In this document: piece by piece, positions 25,924 to 35,292 of the stretch
Layout of the letters: each line of letters begins with the position of its first letter
Position numbering within the stretch: position 1 is the stretch's first letter
Assembly (NCBI GenBank): GCA_045537035.1
Contig: JAZSOR010000031.1
Location: 582-64,581 of the forward strand
DNA: 64,000 nt
From: Faecousia sp.
GTDB lineage: Bacteria; Bacillota; Clostridia; Oscillospirales; Oscillospiraceae
Reading direction: 5' to 3'
The notes under the pieces: model-generated
What the model was told of the DNA's origin: nothing
The model's database searches: none
The model's input: the letters and a program-made list of their open reading frames with translations, nothing else
Made by a program: the position numbers and the translations under genes

Positions 25924-26925
25924 ATGATCGCTGTATTGAAAAGAGGAACAACCGACGAACAAAGAGAGCATTTGATCCGTTGGCTTAAAAACATGAATCT
26001 GGATGTGCATGTTTCTTCCGGTCAGGAGGTCACTGTGCTTGGACTTGTTGGCGATACCAGCCGCGTTGATATTGAGCTGCTGAGCAGCCTCGAGATCGTC
26101 GACAGCGTAAAGCGCGTATCAGAGCCGTTCAAGCAGGCTAACCGCAAGTTCCACCCCAACGACAGCGTCATTGGGATCGGTGATGTAAAGATCGGCGGCG
26201 GACACTTTGCCATGATCGCCGGTCCTTGCTCTGTAGAATCTCAGGAGCAGATAACAAATATCGCTCATTCCGTAAATGAATCCGGCGCACACATTCTTCG
26301 CGGCGGCGCATTTAAGCCCCGTACTTCCCCCTACGCATTCCAAGGTCTCAAAGAAGAAGGTCTGCGTCTCCTTTTAGAAGCCAAAAAGGCAACCGGTATG
26401 CCTATCATCACAGAGATCATGAATATCCGCTCTCTGGAATTATTTGAAGATGTTGACATCATTCAAGTGGGCGCGCGGAATATGCAGAATTTCGATCTTC
26501 TGCAGGAATTAGGAAAGACTAAAAAACCGATCCTGCTCAAGCGTGGTCTTGCAAATACTCTGCAGGAATTGCTCATGAGCGCAGAATACATTATGAGCGA
26601 AGGAAATGAGAACATCATTCTTTGCGAACGCGGTATCCGCACTTACGAAACCTATACGCGTAACACTTTGGATCTGTCCGCCGTTCCTGTACTGCATCAG
26701 CTGACCCACCTGCCCGTTGTTGTTGATCCCAGCCACGCTACCGGTAAATCCTGGCTCGTTCCCTCCATGGCAGCGGCAGCCGCTGCATGCGGCGCTGACG
26801 GAATTATGATCGAAGTACATAACGATCCCTCCTGCGCCCTTTGTGACGGCGCACAATCCCTCACACCGGAACAATTCGCTGATGTTTGTGATCGTGTTCA
26901 AAAAATTCGGGAGGCCATGCAATGA
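25924..26925 (+). CDS. aroF: DAHP synthase type I-beta with N-terminal regulatory domain
   Basis: IAGPCSVES, RGGAFKPRTSPYAFQG, QVGARNMQNF, LCERGIRT, DPSHATG. Confidence 0.95.
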   Translation: MIAVLKRGTTDEQREHLIRWLKNMNLDVHVSSGQEVTVLGLVGDTSRVDIELLSSLEIVDSVKRVSEPFKQANRKFHPNDSVIGIGDVKIGGGHFAMIAGPCSVESQEQITNIAHSVNESGAHILRGGAFKPRTSPYAFQGLKEEGLRLLLEAKKATGMPIITEIMNIRSLELFEDVDIIQVGARNMQNFDLLQELGKTKKPILLKRGLANTLQELLMSAEYIMSEGNENIILCERGIRTYETYTRNTLDLSAVPVLHQLTHLPVVVDPSHATGKSWLVPSMAAAAAACGADGIMIEVHNDPSCALCDGAQSLTPEQFADVCDRVQKIREAMQ

Positions 26926-27752
26926 CAGTCGGTATTTTGGGCCTGGGTCTGATCGGCGGTTCTCTTGCCAGAGCGTATGCTAAAGCAGGACACAATGTCC
27001 TCGGTTATGAAGCTGATGAGTCGATACTGTCATTTGCACAGTTGGCAGGTGTTATTTCCGGACCGCTTGATAAAAGCAATATTGCGCAGTGTGAATTGAT
27101 CCTTCTATGCGTTTATGCTGATGCATCTGCCTCTTGGCTGGAATCATATGGTCAGTTTGTCAATCAGAACGCGCTTGTCATTGACTGCTGCGGCATTAAA
27201 ACCGCAATCTGCAAACGATGCTTTCCCTTAGCTGAGAAATACGGTTTTACATTTGTCGGCGGTCACCCTATGGCGGGCTCGCACAATTCCGGCTTTAAAT
27301 ATAGCCGTTCCAATCTGTTTCAAGGCGCGCCGATGGTCCTTGTACCACCTCGCTTTGATGATCCTGCGTTGTTGCAGAGGATAAAAGACGCGCTTGAACC
27401 CTGCGGTTTTAAAAGTTTTTCCGTCACCACAGCGCAGGCGCATGATGAGATGATCGCATTCACCTCGCAAATGCCCCACATCATCAGCAACGCTTTCATC
27501 AAGTCACCGACCGCATTGTCACACAACGGTTTCTCTGCAGGCAGTTACAAGGACCTGACCCGTGTTGCGTGGTTAAACCCCCAAATGTGGTCTGAACTGT
27601 TTTTATCAAACAAAGATAATGTTCTGCAGGAACTGGACTTCTTTATTGAAAGTCTGTCTGCATACAGAAATGCAATCGCAGACAGCAATGCCGATGAACT
27701 GATCACCCTTCTTGACGAAGGTCGCAAACGCAAAGAGGAGGTTGACGGATGA
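26922..27752 (+). CDS. tyrA: Prephenate dehydrogenase
   Basis: GLGLIGGS, FVGGHPMAG, HDEMIAFTSQMPH, SYKDLTRVA. Confidence 0.93.
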   Translation: MTVGILGLGLIGGSLARAYAKAGHNVLGYEADESILSFAQLAGVISGPLDKSNIAQCELILLCVYADASASWLESYGQFVNQNALVIDCCGIKTAICKRCFPLAEKYGFTFVGGHPMAGSHNSGFKYSRSNLFQGAPMVLVPPRFDDPALLQRIKDALEPCGFKSFSVTTAQAHDEMIAFTSQMPHIISNAFIKSPTALSHNGFSAGSYKDLTRVAWLNPQMWSELFLSNKDNVLQELDFFIESLSAYRNAIADSNADELITLLDEGRKRKEEVDG

Positions 27753-28801
27753 ATACTGTCAGCGTCAAAGCATCTAAAAATTATGATGTGCTAATCGATG
27801 CCGGTCTGCATCATGATGCCGGAAAATACGCCGCAATGTTATGTAAGACCGGAAAAGCGGCAATTATCAGCGACAGCAATGTCTGGCCTCTATATGGTGA
27901 AACCGTAAAGGACAGCTTGATTGCATCCGGTTTTCAAGTCTGCCAATACATATTCCCTGCAGGTGAAAGCAGCAAAAACGGCGAAACTTATCTTTCTATC
28001 CTAAACTTTCTTGCGCAGCAGCAAATCACCCGTTCTGATATTCTGATTGCCCTTGGCGGCGGTGTCGTTGGTGATATTACCGGCTTTGCTGCAGCGACTT
28101 ACTTAAGAGGCGTTGCATATATTCAGATCCCCACGACCCTTTTGGCTATGGTCGACTCTTCTGTGGGTGGAAAAACAGCGATCGACCTTCCGGCAGGCAA
28201 AAATCTGGTGGGCGCTTTTTATCAGCCATCTATGGTTTTGTGTGATATTGATGCATTAAATACTTTACCTGAGTCTATTTTCAGAGACGGCTGCGCAGAA
28301 GTCATTAAATACGGCATTTTGTACGATGAACAGCTGTTCGACCATCTGTGTGCTTTCAAGATGAACTTTGATCGCAAAATGGTCGTTACCCGTTGTGTTG
28401 AGCTGAAACGGGATGTTGTTGCTGATGATGAATTTGATCGCGGCGCAAGACAGAAATTGAATCTCGGTCATACCATCGGACATAGCATAGAAGCGAAAAG
28501 TAACTTTGCGATTTCTCATGGACAAGCTGTTGCTGCCGGCATGGCTATTGTCACCAGAGCCGCATTGGCTGAAAACATCTGTACAAATGAAACATGTGAA
28601 AAAATTCTCAATATTCTGGAGGATTTTACGCTTCCGACGAGCACAGATTTTAGCGCAGAGGAACTGTTTGCGTGTACTTTATCTGATAAAAAACGCAACG
28701 GCAGTTCGATCAATTTGATTATCCCACGCAAGATTGGCGATTGTATTATCCAAAACACAGCTGTTGAGTCCCTCAAATCATTTATTAAGGCAGGATTATA
28801 A
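27749..28801 (+). CDS. aroB: 3-dehydroquinate synthase
   Basis: GESSK, ALGGGVVGDITGF, PTTLLAMVDSSVGGKT, LNLGHTIGH. Confidence 0.96.
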   Translation: MNTVSVKASKNYDVLIDAGLHHDAGKYAAMLCKTGKAAIISDSNVWPLYGETVKDSLIASGFQVCQYIFPAGESSKNGETYLSILNFLAQQQITRSDILIALGGGVVGDITGFAAATYLRGVAYIQIPTTLLAMVDSSVGGKTAIDLPAGKNLVGAFYQPSMVLCDIDALNTLPESIFRDGCAEVIKYGILYDEQLFDHLCAFKMNFDRKMVVTRCVELKRDVVADDEFDRGARQKLNLGHTIGHSIEAKSNFAISHGQAVAAGMAIVTRAALAENICTNETCEKILNILEDFTLPTSTDFSAEELFACTLSDKKRNGSSINLIIPRKIGDCIIQNTAVESLKSFIKAGL

Positions 28802-28802
28802 G

Positions 28803-29999
28803 ATGGACCTTACCGTATTCCCCGGGAAATTATCGGGAACGGTCTGCGCGATCCCTTCAAAATCACAAGCGCATCGGCTGTTGATCTGCGCAGCTTTTTC
28901 CGATTCCCCGACAAAATTATACTGCCCTGCCACCAATGTTGACATTGAAGCAACGGCAGGTTGCTTGCGCTGCCTTGGTGCAGAAATTGAATACCGTGAC
29001 GGTTGCTATTATGTGGTGCCCGTATCCAAGATACCGGATAGCGCCACACTTGATTGTCAGGAAAGCGGCTCTACCCTACGCTTTATGCTTCCCATCGTCG
29101 GCGCGTTGGGTGTTGATACAACATTTGTTCTGCGCGGCAGGTTGCCCCAGCGGCCGTTAAGTCCACTATGGGAAGAAATGGAAAAAAACGGCTGCGTGTT
29201 AAGCCGCCCAAGCGAAAACACCGTCAGCTGCCGCGGTAAGCTTAAGCAAGGCAATTACACCATTGACGGTAGTGTTTCCAGCCAGTTTATTACCGGTCTT
29301 CTCTTTGCATTGGCTCTGATACCGGGCAACGGAAAACTTACCGTAACCGGAAAATTAGAGTCCTTGCCATACATTACAATGACTCAGCGGGCATTGTCTT
29401 TATTTGGTATTGAAACAGAGAAGTTTGCTGTAACCGGCAGGTTTCCCTTCCACTCACCCGGCGAATTAGCAGTAGAAGGTGATTGGAGTAACGGTGCTTT
29501 TTTCCTGAGTGCAGCAGCCCTCGGCAGCGATGTAACAGTCAGTGGACTGTTGGCTGATTCAGCGCAAGGTGACCGGGCTGTGGCAGAGATCCTTAAGCAA
29601 ATGCACGAACACATCACAGTAGATGCGGCAGACATCCCCGATCTCGTTCCGATCCTTGCAGTGGTCGGCGGTGCAAAAAGTGGCGTTACATTCCAAAATA
29701 TCCGCCGTCTGCGTTTGAAGGAATCCGACAGAGTATCCACAGTAGCAAATATGCTTACGAACCTTGGCGCTAAAACTCTGGTTGGTGAAAACACACTTGC
29801 TGTTTACCCTGGAGAATATCACAGCTGCACCATAGACTCTGCCGGCGACCACAGAATCGCAATGGCAGCAGCCATTGCAGCTACTGTTGCAAACGGTCCG
29901 GTAACAATTCTGGGCGCGCAATGCGTATCGAAATCATATCCGTCCTTTTGGACAGAGTACAAGGCTTTAGGAGGTAACTATGAGCAGCATTTACGGTGA
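28803..29999 (+). CDS. aroA: EPSP synthase
   Basis: PSKSQAHR, ESGSTLRF, SSQFITGLL, EGDWSNG, LRLKESDR, DHRIAMA. Confidence 0.96.
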   Translation: MDLTVFPGKLSGTVCAIPSKSQAHRLLICAAFSDSPTKLYCPATNVDIEATAGCLRCLGAEIEYRDGCYYVVPVSKIPDSATLDCQESGSTLRFMLPIVGALGVDTTFVLRGRLPQRPLSPLWEEMEKNGCVLSRPSENTVSCRGKLKQGNYTIDGSVSSQFITGLLFALALIPGNGKLTVTGKLESLPYITMTQRALSLFGIETEKFAVTGRFPFHSPGELAVEGDWSNGAFFLSAAALGSDVTVSGLLADSAQGDRAVAEILKQMHEHITVDAADIPDLVPILAVVGGAKSGVTFQNIRRLRLKESDRVSTVANMLTNLGAKTLVGENTLAVYPGEYHSCTIDSAGDHRIAMAAAIAATVANGPVTILGAQCVSKSYPSFWTEYKALGGNYEQHLR

Positions 30000-31056
30000 G
30001 CGAATCAAGTTATCAATTTTCGGTCAATCCCATGGCAAAGCCATTGGTATGACCCTTGACGGCGTACCTGCTGGATTGCCCGTCGATATGGATGCGCTGC
30101 AGGCATTTCTGAATCGCAGGGCACCCGGTCAAAACAATTATTCCACGCCCCGAAAAGAAGCTGACAAGCCTGAATTCCTCTCGGGCATTGTAAACGGCTA
30201 CACCTGCGGTGCACCGATCACAGCGATCATTTATAATACCAATACGCGTTCCGGTGACTATAAAGAACTCAAGGACTGTCCCCGTCCCGGACACGCAGAC
30301 TATACCGCCCATATCAAATACAAAGGCTATGAAGACGCAGCCGGAGGCGGACATTTCTCCGGTAGACTGACTGCACCTGTGTGTATTGCCGGTGGCTTGT
30401 GCAAGCAATGGCTGGAGGCAAAAGGTGTCCGGATCGGCGCGCATTTAAGCGTGTGCGCCGGTATTGCCGATGACCCCGTTTTTTTGGATTGGGTCAACCC
30501 CGACTTAGATGCGATTCAAAAAGATTTCCCGGTTATCAATCCCGAAGCAGGCGCAAAAATGCGCGAAGAAATTGAAAAAGCCCGTGCAGATTCTGACAGC
30601 GTAGGCGGTTTGATAGAATGTATCGCTACCGGACTTCCTGCCGGCTTGGGGGATCCGATGTTTGGCGGTATGGAAAGCCGGATCGCACAGATCGTATATG
30701 GTATTCCTGCTGTCAAGGGTTTGGAGTTTGGCAGCGGTTTTACCGGCAGCTATCTGAGAGGCTCTCAGAACAACGACAACTACACCGTATGCGACGGTCA
30801 GATCAAAACTGACAAGAACTATGCCGGTGGCATTTTGGGCGGCATCACAAACGGTATGCCTCTGGTATTCCAGGCAGCCATCAAGCCGACTCCGTCCATT
30901 GGCGCTGAGCAGAAAACCGTTTCTTTATCCCAAATGGAAGAATGCTCTGTTTGTGTTAAAGGCCGCCACGATCCCTGCATCGCACCCAGAGCTGTCCCCG
31001 TCATTGAGGCGGCAGCTGCGGTTGCGATATTTGATGCATACCTTTTGCTTGATTGA
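29980..31056 (+). CDS. aroC: Chorismate synthase
   Basis: FGQSHG, RPGHADY, GGGHFSGRLTA, GGILGGITNG, KPTPSI, GRHDPC. Confidence 0.97.
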   Translation: MSSIYGERIKLSIFGQSHGKAIGMTLDGVPAGLPVDMDALQAFLNRRAPGQNNYSTPRKEADKPEFLSGIVNGYTCGAPITAIIYNTNTRSGDYKELKDCPRPGHADYTAHIKYKGYEDAAGGGHFSGRLTAPVCIAGGLCKQWLEAKGVRIGAHLSVCAGIADDPVFLDWVNPDLDAIQKDFPVINPEAGAKMREEIEKARADSDSVGGLIECIATGLPAGLGDPMFGGMESRIAQIVYGIPAVKGLEFGSGFTGSYLRGSQNNDNYTVCDGQIKTDKNYAGGILGGITNGMPLVFQAAIKPTPSIGAEQKTVSLSQMEECSVCVKGRHDPCIAPRAVPVIEAAAAVAIFDAYLLLD

Positions 31057-31073
31057 CAACAGGAGTGACTATT

Positions 31074-32216
31074 ATGAATTTAGAAGAATTAAGACAGCAG
31101 ATCAACAGTATTGACGAACAGCTTGTGAGACTGTTCACGCAGCGTATGGATGCTGCTGCGCAGATCGCCGATTTCAAAAAGGCAAACAATCTGCCGATCT
31201 ATGTTCCTGCAAGAGAGCGTGAAATTCTGCAGGAAGTTGCTGAAAAAGCCGGTCCGGAAATGGCAAATTACACACGAGTCCTTTATTCTATGCTGTTTGA
31301 GCTGAGCCGCAGCTATCAGCAAAAGCGTAATACAAAGGAAACAGATCTCTACAAAAAGATCACCGATTCCATTGAAAACACGCCGAAGCTCTTTCCCCAG
31401 GCGCCCATGGTAGCCTGTCAGGGTGTTGAGGGCGCTTATGCACAAATTGCCTGTGAGCGTATTTTTAAAGCGCCCTTTATTATGTATTTCAAGAGTTTTG
31501 ATGCTGTATTTCATGCCATTGAACAAGGCTTGTGTCAGTATGGTATTCTCCCCATCGAAAATTCCACTGCCGGTTCTGTGAAAAAAGTCTATGACTTGAT
31601 GATCCATCACAATTTCTCGATTGTCAAAACATTCCGTCTGAAAATTGATCACAACCTGCTGGCCAATCCCGGAACAAAGCTCGAAGACATTCGCGAGATC
31701 TATTCCCATGAACAAGCGATCAATCAGTGTTCTGAGTTCTTGAAAGAACTTACCAATGTAAATATTATCCCGGTTGAAAATACTGCTGTGGCTGCAAATA
31801 TGGTGGCTCAGTCCGGCAGAACCGATGTGGCAGCTATCTCCAGCCGGACTTGCGAAGAGTTGTACGGACTTGCATGTATCGCAGCATCTATTCAGGATGA
31901 GGGCAATAACCGCACCCGTTTTATCTGCATCAGCAAGAATCTTGAGATCTATCCTGGCTCAGATAAGACAAGTATCATGATGATACTGTCCCACAAACCC
32001 GGCTCTCTTTACAAAGTCCTTGCCAGAATGTACACCTTGGGAATCAATGTGATCAAGCTGGAATCCCGTCCGATTCCTGACAGAGATTTTGAATTCATGT
32101 TCTACTTTGATCTGGAAACATCTATTTATTCCGAAGAATTTGTACAACTGATGTGCGAACTGGATGATCTGTGTGAGGAATTCAAATATCTTGGCAGTTA
32201 CACCGAGGTGATATAA
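31074..32216 (+). CDS. pheA: Bifunctional chorismate mutase / prephenate dehydratase with ACT domain
   Basis: LEELRQQINSIDEQL, LPIENSTAGSV, SHEQAINQC, NRTRF, KLESRP. Confidence 0.95.
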   Translation: MNLEELRQQINSIDEQLVRLFTQRMDAAAQIADFKKANNLPIYVPAREREILQEVAEKAGPEMANYTRVLYSMLFELSRSYQQKRNTKETDLYKKITDSIENTPKLFPQAPMVACQGVEGAYAQIACERIFKAPFIMYFKSFDAVFHAIEQGLCQYGILPIENSTAGSVKKVYDLMIHHNFSIVKTFRLKIDHNLLANPGTKLEDIREIYSHEQAINQCSEFLKELTNVNIIPVENTAVAANMVAQSGRTDVAAISSRTCEELYGLACIAASIQDEGNNRTRFICISKNLEIYPGSDKTSIMMILSHKPGSLYKVLARMYTLGINVIKLESRPIPDRDFEFMFYFDLETSIYSEEFVQLMCELDDLCEEFKYLGSYTEVI

Positions 32217-33442
32217 TGTACTGCGGTTTACTCGGCAGACGCTTGGGGCACAGTTACTCGCCTCAAATACATAGTTTGCTCGCAGATTACCAATACAAAC
32301 TTTTTGAAAAAGAGCCGGAGGAATTGGAACACTTTCTCCTAAATGAGAATTTTACCGGTCTCAATGTAACGATCCCTTATAAAAAAGCTGTTATCCCCTA
32401 TTGTCACAAGCTGACAGACCGGGCGAAAGCACTGGGCTGCGTCAACACACTCTTAAAGCTTTCTGACGGAACGCTGATAGGACACAACTCCGACTATTTT
32501 GGGTTTGAAACGCTTGTGAATAAAAGCGGATTGCTGGTTGCGAGTAAAAAAGTACTTGTCCACGGCAGCGGCGGCGCATCTGTAACGGCAGTTGCTGTCT
32601 TAAAAGAACTTGGTGCAGATACTGTTGTAATTTCCCGCAGCGGAGAAAACAACTACAACAATCTCTCACGACACTATGACGCATCTGTGATCGTTAACGC
32701 AACTCCGGTTGGAATGTATCCGCATACACAAGACTCTCCGATCGATCTGACACCCTTTACTAAACTTGAGGGTGTTCTGGATGTGATCTATAACCCGTCG
32801 AAAACCGCTTTGCTGCAGCAAGCAGAGCAACTTGGTCTTGTGGCAGAAAACGGACTTCTTATGCTTGTGGCGCAGGCCAAAGAAAGCGCAGAATGGTTTT
32901 CCGGACACTCTATTCAGGACGAATTGATCCCGTCTATCTATCAGACACTGGAAAAGCAAATGCGCAATATCGTACTCATTGGCATGCCGGGATGCGGTAA
33001 ATCATCTGTTGGTAAGCTGTTGGCAGAATGCCTGGGTAAAAAATTCATCGATGCTGACGAGCAAATCGTTCTTACAGCGCAAAAATCGATCCCGGAGATC
33101 TTTGCCGCTGACGGAGAAGATGGCTTCCGCAAGATCGAAACAGAAGTACTTGCCAATATTGGAAAATCCTCTGGTACTGTGATCGCCACCGGCGGTGGTT
33201 GTGTAACACGACCGGAAAATTATTTCCATCTGCATCAAAACAGCATGATTATCTGGCTGAAAAGGGATATTCATCAGCTTCCGGTGGATGGCAGACCTCT
33301 TTCACAAAGTGGAATGCTTACGCAAATGTATGAAACTCGCAAACCGCTGTATGAACGATTCTCTGACCTGCAGATCGAGAACAACGGCACACCGGAGGAA
33401 ACAGTAGATAAAATCCTGTCCCTTTTAAAATTGGAGGCATAA
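32216..33442 (+). CDS. aroE: Shikimate dehydrogenase-shikimate kinase fusion
   Basis: HSYSP, NVTIPYK, NATPVGM, NGLLMLVAQA, then kinase LIGMPGCGKS, IATGGG, RKPLY. Confidence 0.93.
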   Translation: MYCGLLGRRLGHSYSPQIHSLLADYQYKLFEKEPEELEHFLLNENFTGLNVTIPYKKAVIPYCHKLTDRAKALGCVNTLLKLSDGTLIGHNSDYFGFETLVNKSGLLVASKKVLVHGSGGASVTAVAVLKELGADTVVISRSGENNYNNLSRHYDASVIVNATPVGMYPHTQDSPIDLTPFTKLEGVLDVIYNPSKTALLQQAEQLGLVAENGLLMLVAQAKESAEWFSGHSIQDELIPSIYQTLEKQMRNIVLIGMPGCGKSSVGKLLAECLGKKFIDADEQIVLTAQKSIPEIFAADGEDGFRKIETEVLANIGKSSGTVIATGGGCVTRPENYFHLHQNSMIIWLKRDIHQLPVDGRPLSQSGMLTQMYETRKPLYERFSDLQIENNGTPEETVDKILSLLKLEA

Positions 33443-33871
33443 ATGAAAATACTTGTTATTAACGGTCCGAATATTAACATGCTCGGTTTGCGTGAGCCGG
33501 GAATTTACGGTCATGGTACCTTTGAATACCTTTTAAAACTGATCGACAATACTGCTGCTGAATTAAATATTGAGATCGAACAGTATCAGTCCAATCATGA
33601 GGGCGCGATCGTCGACAAAATTCAGGCTGCGTACGGTGTGTTCGACGGAATCGTTATCAATCCGGCTGCCTACACCCACACATCCATCGCTATTTTGGAT
33701 GCATTAAAAGCAGTTAAGATTCCTGCGGTAGAGGTACATATTTCCGATATTTCCACACGGGAATCCTTCCGTCAGATTTCCTATGCAGGTCTTGCCTGCA
33801 TCAAAACGATCAAAGGTCAAGGTCTTGACGGATACCGGCAGGCTATCCAATATTTAAAAGAGCATATATAA
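33443..33871 (+). CDS. aroQ: Type II 3-dehydroquinate dehydratase
   Basis: INGPNINMLGLREPGIYG, QSNHEG, NPAAYTHTS, EVHIS. Confidence 0.96.
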   Translation: MKILVINGPNINMLGLREPGIYGHGTFEYLLKLIDNTAAELNIEIEQYQSNHEGAIVDKIQAAYGVFDGIVINPAAYTHTSIAILDALKAVKIPAVEVHISDISTRESFRQISYAGLACIKTIKGQGLDGYRQAIQYLKEHI

Positions 33872-33875
33872 CGAT

Positions 33876-33912
33876 ACACCCCGTCCCGGTTATTACACTG
33901 GACGGGGTGTTA
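33876..33912 (+). terminator. Terminator hairpin after aroQ
   Basis: ACACCCCGTCC...GGACGGGGTGT. Confidence 0.75.
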
Positions 33913-34054
33913 CTATCGTGAGAATACTGTCTGCAGGAATTATGGCAGTTACCGCCATTTATAATATTTCTTTCTTTTAAAATTTTACTCAATTTGTAGA
34001 ATCGCGCGCAAAAATAGTTTACGATAACGAAAAATAATCATTGTATGCAGTATC

Positions 34055-34085
34055 TTATACACAGATTCCACAGGTTTTTCCACAG
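34055..34085 (+). promoter_or_regulatory. Three tandem same-orientation DnaA-box-like motifs
   Basis: TTATACACA 34055-63, GATTCCACA 34064-72, TTTTCCACA 34076-84, each followed by G; first and third fit TTWTNCACA. Confidence 0.55.
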
Positions 34086-34178
34086 GGTAATCGTTTAAAA
34101 GCAACAGCAATACTTATATTTCACTGGCAATTTCATGTGTTTTTCTAACTTTTTGCCCGCCAATTTCTATGCATTTGC

Positions 34179-34206
34179 AGTTTACATAAAGAAATTTATG
34201 AATTTT
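34179..34206 (-). other. dif-like Xer recombination / XerD-binding site
   Basis: Minus strand AAAATTCATAA-ATTTCT-TTATGTAAACT: 11-6-11 layout; right arm identical to the B. subtilis dif XerD arm; CATAA inner left arm as in E. coli dif. Confidence 0.7.
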
Positions 34207-34232
34207 TCCGTGAATACAATAATACAAAAAAT

Positions 34233-34266
34233 AAAATGCAGGAGAATTAATTTCTCCTGCATTTTG
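34233..34266 (-). terminator. Terminator of tsaD
   Basis: AAAATGCAGGAGAA-ttaat-TTCTCCTGCATTTT. Confidence 0.85.
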
Positions 34267-35292
34267 TCAAATCGTCTCGCCCAATATAGATTTTGTTGCA
34301 TATGCATTTAAGGACATATCGGCAATATTGCCGGCAAGATATTCGTAATATCCCTGCGCACCGATCATAGCAGCATTATCACCACACAGGTGAAGCGGCG
34401 GCATGTAGACTTGTGCGCCACAATTTTGCGCAGCTTCCAGAATATCCCGACGAATTCGCGAGTTAGCTGCTACACCGCCGGCAACCGCAAGCTTTTTGTA
34501 ACCGCTTTCCTGCAAAGCCATCATGGTACGGGGAACAAGGGTATCGGATACTGCTGCGCAGAAAGATGCGCAAAGGCTGTTCACATCCAGACTCTCCCCT
34601 ACCTGCTGCGCATGGTGGATCAGATTCAGTGCCGCAGTCTTCAGTCCGGAGAAACTCATATCATAAGGATTTTCACCGGCTCTTGAACGGGGAAGATCAT
34701 ATTTTTTGTCATCGCCCAGCTGCGCTGCCTTGTCAAGAGCTGCTCCGCCCGGATAGGGCATTCCAAGGACGCGGGCAACTTTATCAAAACTCTCTCCCGC
34801 CGCATCGTCCAAAGTGCCGCCTAAAATCTCCATATCCACATAGCTCTTAACATCTACGATCATAGTATGACCGCCGGATACCATCAAACATAGAAACGGA
34901 GGTTCCAGTTCCGGATATGCAATATAGTTCGCGGCAATATGCCCGCGGATGTGATGAACCGGGATCAAGGGCTTATTCAGGGTCATAGCAGCAGCTTTTG
35001 CAAAATTGACACCCACCAGAACCGCTCCGATCAAGCCCGGCGCGTAAGTTACTGCAACGGCATCGATATCCGAACGGTCAATCCCGGCTTTACACAACGC
35101 TTCATCTGCCAGAGAGTAAATGGATTCAATATGCAATCTGGATGCAATCTCCGGAACAACACCACCATAAATACGGTGCTGCGCAACCTGAGAGGCGATA
35201 CAGTCAGCTAAGACATGCCTGCCGTCTTTCACGACGGAAACAGCTGTTTCATCACAAGATGATTCCACTGCAAGTACGATCACAGATTCCAC
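34267..35292 (-). CDS. tsaD: tRNA N6-adenosine threonylcarbamoyltransferase
   Basis: ESSCDET, GGVVPEIASRLH, HHIRGH, SGGHT, DDAAGESFDKVAR, DNAAMI. Confidence 0.97.
   Translation of the reverse strand: MESVIVLAVESSCDETAVSVVKDGRHVLADCIASQVAQHRIYGGVVPEIASRLHIESIYSLADEALCKAGIDRSDIDAVAVTYAPGLIGAVLVGVNFAKAAAMTLNKPLIPVHHIRGHIAANYIAYPELEPPFLCLMVSGGHTMIVDVKSYVDMEILGGTLDDAAGESFDKVARVLGMPYPGGAALDKAAQLGDDKKYDLPRSRAGENPYDMSFSGLKTAALNLIHHAQQVGESLDVNSLCASFCAAVSDTLVPRTMMALQESGYKKLAVAGGVAANSRIRRDILEAAQNCGAQVYMPPLHLCGDNAAMIGAQGYYEYLAGNIADMSLNAYATKSILGETI

Noticed and set aside
32216-33442. AroE-AroK fusion
   Set aside because: Real but a known arrangement in clostridial aro operons.
33942-33980. 12-codon ORF MAVTAIYNISFF after the aroQ terminator
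   Set aside because: Weak SD, no promoter and no downstream gene to regulate.
33872-34266. Intergenic region as oriC
   Set aside because: Only three boxes, convergent flanking genes, no dnaA/dnaN/rpmH, and a dif-like site argue against an origin.
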